Source of the DNA: Eledone cirrhosa
Lineage: Eukaryota
DNA length: 64,000 bases
Assembly (NCBI GenBank): GCA_964016885.1
Contig: OZ024758.1
Span: 39,866,001 to 39,930,000, forward strand
Direction: 5' to 3'
Below the pieces are notes generated by a model, which was not told where the DNA came from, did not search any database, and saw only the letters and a list, made by a program, of their open reading frames with translations. This document shows, in pieces, positions 55,851 to 64,000 of this stretch. How positions within the stretch are numbered: position 1 is the first letter of the stretch; each line of letters opens with the position of its first letter. The translations under genes were made by a program, and so were the position numbers.

Positions 55851-56460
55851 TGTTCTGGTTTTATAATTTCACAAAGTTTTACCAATAGAAAGAGAGTCGG
55901 TTTCTAACATAGACATAAGACTCTCTCATTGGAATTTACACAACATCAACTAGGTAGATATGTATGTATGCATGCATGTGTAGATATGGATGTTATTGTA
56001 TGTGTGGATGTGGATGTTTTGAGTTGTATGTGTGCATGTGTATATGCTTTGCATCTGTACATGTGTATATGCAGTTATTAGATGCAACATTTTTGGAATG
56101 TTTTACTTATTTTTACTGTTCCATTAATGGATTGTTCTTGTAATTTCCTAACTAGTTGTGTTCTTTCTGTTCCTGTGAAGTCCAGCTTCTCAAGATTTGA
56201 ATTGAGGCAGTTACTAACATATCCCAGTGCCCCAATAATCACAGGTATAAATCTGAAGGTGTAATCAGGTTGGAGTATCTGCAGATTTCTCATCAGTTCT
56301 GCATAAATATTCTCCTTTTCACTAATCTTTGATATTATATTGGCATTGCTGGGCAGCTAATTTCCACTACTGTGCATGTTTTCTTCTCTCTGTCCCATAT
56401 CATAATATCTGGTCTGTTATGCCTGCATTTTATTGGGGTTTTTACTGGAACATTCCACCA
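55848..56460 (-). mobile_element. 3' fragment of an RLE-type LINE (R4/Dong-like)
   Basis: WWNVPVKTPIKCRHNRPDIMIWDREEKTCTVVEISCP...KENIYAELMRNL...IPVIIGALG (PD..E/D restriction-like endonuclease). The 5' junction is in (GTAT)n at 56461-56535. Confidence 0.8.
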
Positions 56461-56535
56461 GTATGTATGTATGTATGTATGTATGTATGTATGTATGTAT
56501 GTATGTATGTATGTATGTATGTATGTATGTATGTA

Positions 56536-56757
56536 TAAAACCTGCGGCTCAGTAGTTACCGATGATGTTGATCATTTCTTCTTTTCAGGTTATAGCTACT
56601 GTCGCTCAGAGAGTGGGATTGGCTCAGTGCACAGTCTTTCCTCACTTTAAAAAATATCTTCACGCACAGGCATTGCACGATAGAATTAGTTAATAATTAT
56701 TAATAATGGTATATCGTGCAATGGCCATACTCGATAACGAGGGGCAGCCATCATCAT
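56536..56757 (+). mobile_element. 5'-truncated bipartite non-autonomous RTE derivative
   Basis: Aligns to ~57055-57190 and ends in atggccatactcgataacgaggggcagccat(cat)n. Confidence 0.6.
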
Positions 56758-56787
56758 GTATGTATATATGTATATATATATATATTT

Positions 56788-57396
56788 ATGTCAGGTCACC
56801 AGTTGGTGCTACTGGTAACATGTATCCCAGTACAACCTGTCTCATGGTCGGGTCGTTGGCGACTAAACTGGCAACCCCACCAAGGTTTCTTGGTGAGGAG
56901 GGTGACTTTGGACATCCTGCAGGACTAAAAACAAAACCTGTCAAAGGGCAAAGGAGCTCTTAAGAGTCAATGGCCATCCAAAATCACCGGGAGAGATGAC
57001 CCCTTAGCCTTTGTCAAGGCAGAATTCTAGGAGAAGGAAAACTCTGATATAACACCTGCAACCCTGATGGTATCCAATGATGTTGACTTGGTCTTCTTTT
57101 TGGTAAATATCATCTTGGTTAAGAGAGTGGGACTGGCTTTGTGCAGTGCCTTTGATCACTATAAAAGCTTCACGGCACAGGCATTGCTTTATATCTGGAG
57201 ATCTCTCTGCACTTGTCGTCACATGGTACCATGGGCCCAGCACTATGTGTCAATAATTGTCACAAGTGTAGTGTTTGTACCAGAGTTGTCAAGTCGCTGG
57301 CTGGACTAAAAAGCTACACTCGTTCAGCGCATCGGTAGTTCTTCTACATGGATATAAAGTAGTGGCCGTACTCGAAAACGAGTTGGCAGCCACCAT
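56788..57396 (+). mobile_element. Bipartite non-autonomous RTE derivative (5'-UTR-like part + ORF C-terminus/3' UTR)
   Basis: Structured non-coding 5' part. The 3' part encodes HKCSVCTRVVKSLAGLKSYTRSAHR* and the hairpin gtggccgtactcg-aaaa-cgagttggcagccac. Confidence 0.65.
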
Positions 57397-57410
57397 ATAT
57401 ATATATGTAT

Positions 57411-57491
57411 ACCACTGGACTACGTTAACCACTAAACTACGTTAACCACTAGACTACGTTAACCACTAGACTACGTTAACCACTAAACTAT
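57411..57491. repeat. 17-bp tandem repeat accactagactacgtta (about 4.5 units)
   Basis: Direct reading. The reverse strand resembles a SINE A-box (tagtttagtggttaa). Confidence 0.8.
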
Positions 57492-57580
57492 GTCACTTCA
57501 CAATACAAATAACATTACATAATAAATAAATACAGAATTAACAAAAAAAATAACCGAAACACTCTCTCTCTCTCTTTCTG

Positions 57581-57648
<68 letters not shown>

Positions 57649-57696
57649 AGACACACACAGACAGACACACACACACACACTCTCTTTCTCTCTATT

Positions 57697-57745
<49 letters not shown>

Positions 57746-57870
57746 AGACACATACACAGACACACAAACACAGACACACACACACAAACACCTTCACATT
57801 GATTAACGCTTACCTATTTAACACCTGATAATTTACTGTACAACAGTGACAGCTGTGACTGTCTTGGTAA

Positions 57871-58269
57871 CTACTACTACTACTACTACTACTGCTACTA
57901 CTATTGCTGCTGCTGCTGCTGCTACTACTACTACTACTACTACTACTGCTACTACTATTGCTGCTGCTGCTGCTGCTGCTGCTACTACTACTACTACTAC
58001 TACTGCTACTACTACTACTGCTACTACTACTACTACTGCTGCTGTTGCTACTACTACTACTGCTACTACTACTACTACTACTGCTGCTGCTGCTACTACT
58101 ACTGCTACTACTACTACTACTACTACTGCTGCTGCTGCTACTACTACTACTGCTACTACTACTGCTACTACTACTACTACTGCTGCTGCTACTACTACTA
58201 CTATTGCTACTACTACTACTACTACTGCTGCTACTGCTACTGCTACTACTACCACTACTATTACTACTG

Positions 58270-58304
<35 letters not shown>

Positions 58305-58305
58305 G

Positions 58306-58346
<41 letters not shown>

Positions 58347-58407
58347 ACTACTACTACTACTGCTGTTACTACTACTATTACTGCTACTACTGCTACTACT
58401 ACTACTG

Positions 58408-58446
<39 letters not shown>

Positions 58447-58700
58447 TTACTACTACTGTTACTACTACTACCACCAATACTACTACTGCCACTACTAATT
58501 CTACTACTACTGCCACTACTACTACTACTGTTACCCCTACTACTATTACCCCCACTACTACAACTTCTACCACTATCACCACCACCACCACCAACAACTA
58601 CAACAACAACACCAACACTACCATCACCACCACCACTACCGCCGCCACCAACATCCCCCCCCACCACCATCAACACCACTATCAACACTAATACCATCAT
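57871..58700. repeat. (CTA/CTG)n trinucleotide tract grading into (CCA)n
   Basis: Direct reading; source of the poly-S/T/L/V ORFs. Confidence 0.95.
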
Positions 58701-59049
58701 CGCCACTCATTATGTGTGTTTGTGTGTTTGTTTAACTGTGTGTTTGTGTGTGTGTGAGGTTATTAGTTTAAGTATGTGTATGTGTATGCGTGTATGTAGA
58801 GGGTTATTTGTGGGGGGTTGCTTACTACAAACAAGGTTGTGAGTTCGATTCCCGGCTATGTGATGTGTCCTTGAGCAAGACACTTTATTTCACGTTGCTC
58901 CAGTCCATTGTGTTCTTGAGCAAGACACTTTATTTCATTTAAAACTCATAGCGAATGGTCTTCTAAATGTTTTTAATTAAACATACAGTATATGGCCAAA
59001 TATACTATATCCATGTATACATCGCTATTTCATAGCACCAATACTAATA

Positions 59050-59107
<58 letters not shown>

Positions 59108-59155
59108 CATATATATATATTTCTGACGGAATTACTTCATTCATATTATACACAT

Positions 59156-59294
<139 letters not shown>

Positions 59295-59485
59295 AAAGTT
59301 TTATTTAAAATTGTTGGGTTACAACGAGTAAATATTTTATAACTGATATAAAAGCTATTCGTCCTTAGCACTATACACTTTCCTTCTTTTTTCTCTTCGT
59401 CTTTCTTTCTAACTGTCCTTAACATTTTCACTACCAAATCAACTTTTTTAAATGGAAGTTGTAATGTTTAAGGTATGTCAAATTT

Positions 59486-59592
59486 ATTTATAAAACGGTT
59501 TATATATTGTATTTTGTCTGAGGAAGGTATACCATATTTTTAATATGATATCCCTGAAATATATATAATGAAATAAATATGGTTTTATAAAT
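59486..59592 (+). ncRNA. Type I hammerhead ribozyme candidate (third sequence family)
   Basis: Stem I tattttgt/atgaaata extended by atttataaaac/gttttataaat; CTGAGGA (59518); stem II agg..catatt-ttt-aatatg..cct; GAAAT-atat-ATA. Confidence 0.65.
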
Positions 59593-59799
59593 ATAGTTTC
59601 CATTTGTTTAATATCGTATATATACATGCATATATCTATATATATAAATTTTACATAGTAATTAGATTTTTACAAAATAATGTAAATTTTAAGAATATAT
59701 AATTATGGTATATTGAACGCGACCTTATTATATTATAAGTAACTTAATGTAGAGTTTTAACATGAAAAGGTTCCCCCATCTCTGTTCTAACCTTTCAAC

Positions 59800-60040
59800 G
59801 CTGTTTTACACGGTGAAGCTCTAATTGTTTTGAAACAACTGGAAGTAAACTAAAAGTGGTTTTGGAAAAAGTTGTTGAAATGGTCAATTATATGAGAAGT
59901 AGAGCTCTTCAAAACAACGTTATTTGTTCATATTTGTGAAGAGATGGGAGCAAAGTTGTAAAACCTTGTTTACCTCGTTGTCTCTCAAGAGGTCGAGTGT
60001 TTTGTCGTGTACGACGAAAAGAAGTTAAAGATTTTGTTGC
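59800..60040 (+). pseudogene. hAT (Charlie/Buster-type) transposase remnant
   Basis: Broken frames give HGEAL, LKVVLEKVVEMVNYMRSRALQ, ICEEMGAK and LSRGRVFCRV, matching the HREAL...VN.I.SR...CEEMG...RWLSRG.V motif order. Confidence 0.7.
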
Positions 60041-60169
60041 CAAACATCTTGAAACCGTCCCTGCGTCGATCGTCTACAAAACAAAGCTGTCTGTTTGTTT
60101 GTTTTTAAGTGTTTATATTTATCTAAAAAACATTTGTTCATATATATATTATTTTATATGAGAACGGTG

Positions 60170-60950
60170 GATTGACAGTATTAGTAGTATCGGCGCCATG
60201 CTTTGCAGCATAGAGTTACGGCCCTTTATGATCTGAGTTCAAATCCTGCCGAGGTTGACTTTGCTTTTCATCCTTACGGGGTCGATGAAATAAAGTACCA
60301 GTAATGTACTGGGATAATTGCTGGCCTTGTGCCAAAAGTAGAAACATAAACCCATAACAATATCGTATTTGGTAATATCAGTAGAAGGTCGGACGCCATG
60401 CTTTGCAGCATAGAGTTACGGCCTTTTATGATCTGAGTTCAAATCCCGCCGAGGTTAACTTTGCCTTTCATCCTTACGGGGTCGATAAAATAAAGTACTA
60501 GTAATGCACTGGTGTCGATTTAATCGACTGTCCCCTCCCCCAAAATTGCTGGCCTTGTGCCTATATAAGAAACCATTATTTTATGTGAAAACCTTTGTTA
60601 AGCTCTGCTTCAAACACCAGATAAAATAACAAAAAGTGAGTTATATTACTAAATAATGGCTTCTGATTTAGGCACAAGGCCAGCAATCTTTGTGGGAGGG
60701 GGAAAAGTCGATTAAATCGATCCTGGTGCGTGACTGGTACTTTATTTTATCAACCCTGTAAAGATGAAGGGCAAAGCTAACCCCGGCGGGATTTGAACTC
60801 AGAATAATAATAATGGTTTATGAATTAGGTACAAGGTAAGCAATTTTAGGGGAAGGGAAAGTCGATTAAATCGACCCCAGTGCATTACTGGTAATTTATT
60901 TTATCGACCCCGTAAGGATGAACGGCAAAGCTAACCTCGACGGGACTTGA
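60170..60950. mobile_element. Cluster of four Meta-domain-like SINE copies (two +, two -)
   Basis: gagttcaaatcc..gccgaggttgactttgc..tcatccttacggggtcgat..aagtaccag on + at ~60235 and ~60435. Reverse-complement copies at ~60655-60805 and ~60815-60950. Confidence 0.8.
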
Positions 60951-60972
60951 AGTAAGATAAATAGGTAAGATA

Positions 60973-61445
60973 TATTTCTTTATTAGCCACAGGGGCACAA
61001 AAGAAGGGGACAAATACAAAGGGGGAAGTTTACATACAATAAAAACGTGTAAAATGTTATCACAGATGGAATTTAAAAGTTAGTCGATTTTCCCCAATAG
61101 AGGGAGACAGTTTATATGGGTAACACAGACCCCCGAAAAAAATGTGCAACCCTCATCTCCAGGAGTACGAAGAGCTTGTACTCCTTTCCTCTCCTCCTCC
61201 TTTTCCTCAACCTACAGGCTGATATAGAGAGAAGGCCCATTCACTCGGGCCATTCTCGCCACTTTCACCCACCTTTCATAAAACTTGCTGGGGTACAGCA
61301 CCTCTCTCTCCATCCTGATTCTTCTTCCAAAGTGGTATTTGAAAAAAAGAATCAGTTGTTGGCCGGAGAGAAAGGTGTCTGACCTCAGCCCTTTCAACCT
61401 TGTCCACCATACAACCTCTTTCGCCATAGCTATCACACAAAGGAA
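60973..61445 (-). mobile_element. Tx1/L1-like LINE 3' fragment with target-site duplication
   Basis: ORF end IAMAKEVVWWTR...ERWVKVAR (AK..IW..R motif of L1/Tx1 ORF2 C-terminus). aaataggtaagata occurs at 60959-60972 and 61446-61459. Confidence 0.7.
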
Positions 61446-61606
61446 AAATAGGTAAGATAAATAGGTCAATGTAATAACATCGGTTGTTCTACAGAGCAGT
61501 TATATAGTTCTATATATATATATATTATATATATATATTATATATATATATAATATATATTATATATATTATATATATATATATTATATATATATTATAT
61601 ATATAT

Positions 61607-61637
<31 letters not shown>

Positions 61638-61687
61638 ATATATATATATATATATTATATATATATATATTATATATATATTATATA

Positions 61688-61742
<55 letters not shown>

Positions 61743-61964
61743 TATATATAAACTTCTATATATGCCTACATGTGAAAAAGTTCTCATTCCACTTTGAAAA
61801 TTCGTTACATATGATTATTTAAGTAATTGGATTCGATTTAATTTGATTGGAATAATCAAATATTACCGATCCAAGACCGATATGTAATACATCCGATTAA
61901 ACATATGTCAGTATTATGCAATAAATGTTTTTACCACTGTATGATGTTTTAAATAATAATTTTG

Positions 61965-62002
<38 letters not shown>

Positions 62003-62062
62003 AAGACATGTTTTCCAATTCCACCCCGTCCGTTCCCTCAATCTATCTTATTTCTCATTCTT

Positions 62063-62098
62063 TCTTCTGATGAAGGACTAGCGTCCGAAGCGTTAAGA
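62063..62098 (+). ncRNA. Minimal hammerhead-like motif (GAAG variant)
   Basis: tctt-CTGATGA-a-ggac-tagc-gtcc-GAAGC-GTT-aaga. Confidence 0.45.
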
Positions 62099-62189
62099 CC
62101 TTCTTCCTGCTATATCAAGCGTTAACCTAATATATTCCTTCCATATACTGTACCGATTGTGTTGTTATTTCTGTTTACCTTTTACATAC

Positions 62190-62260
<71 letters not shown>

Positions 62261-62312
62261 TGTTCGGAGAAATCGTTAAGAGAAAATAGATGAAATAAAA
62301 CGTTCTACGCTA

Positions 62313-62381
<69 letters not shown>

Positions 62382-62532
62382 ATACTGTTGGCTTCTTGCT
62401 ACAATACTTTCTATAACTTTCATTTATATATATATATTTGCTCTAGGGTTCTTATATATTTGATATATATTTATCCCTATCGAGCCCTCTTTGGATTTTA
62501 GTCTTCACATTTATTATTATTACTATTATTAT

Positions 62533-62573
<41 letters not shown>

Positions 62574-62614
62574 GGAAAAATTTGAACAGGGACAAAACAG
62601 AGAGGCAGTACAAC

Positions 62615-62665
<51 letters not shown>

Positions 62666-62765
62666 CACACATACATACACACATATGTATGTCGCCTTCA
62701 CAATGATAGCGTAGAATATATGTCTCTACTCTCTCATGAGATTTGATTGTATAGATGCACATATG

Positions 62766-62854
<89 letters not shown>

Positions 62855-63125
62855 ATACAATTATGACCAGTTACTGGGACGGGCGTGTATGACTAATCTA
62901 CACCATGAAAGTATGTGACATTGTTTTATCCATTTCAAAAGATTTCTCCTCCAGATAATTCGTAGGATTGGCTTAAAATCTGGTGTTTTTCGCCTCGCCC
63001 CAGTCTTTATAATCCGGACATAGGCTATCAACAAATTAGACAATTATCTTTATAATTTCTTAGTATCACTTAAATATTTATAAGAAAACAAGAAGCAACG
63101 ACATTGTTTTTATTTCTGAATCTAA

Positions 63126-63372
63126 CACTTTACAGTGGGCTGGGTGCTTATTGTCATGACACCTACACGACCACTTTACAGTGTGGGCTGGGTGCTTATT
63201 GTCATGACACCTACACGACCACTTTACAGTGTGGGCTGGGTGCTTATTGTCATGACCACTTTACAGTGGGCTGGGTGCTTATTGTCATGACACCTACATG
63301 ACCACTTTACAGTGAGTGCTGGGTGCTTATTGTCATGACACCTACACGACCACTTTACAGTGAGTGCTGGGT
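63126..63372. repeat. ~46-48-bp tandem repeat derived from the RTE 3' UTR
   Basis: cactttacagtg(tg)ggctgggtgcttattgtcatgacacctacacgac, similar to 3175-3272 and 5115-5175. Confidence 0.8.
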
Positions 63373-63536
63373 CCTTAACTCTTGCCGGAGTCGTAGGGAC
63401 GCCATACTGACACAAACATATTCACACAGTGTGTGTGTTTGTGTGTTGGGGGTTATTTTGGTTGGGGGTGGGGGGGCACTTTAATCATGGTGGTGACCAT
63501 CCTCCTCCAGATTGGAGCAGGGGTCAACATCTTCCA

Positions 63537-63575
63537 GAAAGAAAGAGAGAAAGAAAGAGAGAAGGAAAGAGAGAG

Positions 63576-63606
<31 letters not shown>

Positions 63607-64000
63607 GGAAGTGAGAGAGATGGGGAGGGGAGAGGAAAGGGGTCAGAAAGAGGGAGAGGGACAAAGAGATGGAGAGGAGAAGAGAGGACATGGGACAGAG
63701 AGGAGAGAGTGTAGAAAGAGCGAGAGAGAGAAAGTGGGAAAGCGTGAGAGGGAGAGAGAAGGTGTTAAAAAGGAAGGGAGAAAGAAAAGGAGAGAGAGGG
63801 AATGAGGGAGAGAGAGACAGAAAGAGAGAGAGAAGGAATAAAGAGAGAGAGAGAGAGAGAGATGGAGGTAGAGAAAGGGAGAGAGAAAGAGTGGGAGAGG
63901 GAGAGAGAAAGAAAGAGAGAGTTGGGGATAAAGAGAGAGAGTGAGAGAGTATAAGAGAGATATGGAGGTAGAGAGAGACGGAGAGAGAGAGGTAGAGAGA
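63537..64000. repeat. GA-rich low-complexity tract
   Basis: Direct reading. Confidence 0.9.

Noticed and set aside
57810-58842. Poly-Ser/Thr/Leu/Val mucin-like ORFs
   Set aside because: Trinucleotide microsatellite open in several frames, with no splice or domain support.
63512-63944. E/R/K/G-rich ORFs
   Set aside because: Translation of GA-rich simple sequence.

Overview
AT-rich, repeat-saturated animal genomic DNA. The SINE/LINE repertoire and (TA)/(TG) density resemble a coleoid cephalopod such as Octopus (inference only). No intact host gene is visible, and most long ORFs in the track are microsatellite artefacts. Main contents: (1) decayed RTE LINEs of at least two families, plus bipartite non-autonomous RTE derivatives; (2) a 5'-truncated Penelope-like element (RT C-half + GIY-YIG ORF, 7562-9064) wrapped in ~1.9-kb inverted arms, each carrying a type I hammerhead ribozyme; (3) two copies of a second, essentially non-coding, microsatellite-bodied element with an inactive and an intact hammerhead plus an inverted end (27.3-29.4 kb, 52.4-54.6 kb), and several smaller fold-back or hammerhead-like inserts in (TA)n; (4) a tandem segmental duplication whose second copy preserves the empty site of the Penelope insertion; (5) a ~20-kb pentamer satellite, (AGCTT)n-AGGAT, with higher-order structure; (6) several minisatellites seeded from transposon sequence; (7) Tx1-like and R4/Dong-like LINE ends sitting in microsatellites, SINEs and a hAT remnant. 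The most interesting signal is the hammerhead-bearing, microsatellite-carrying Penelope-type system.
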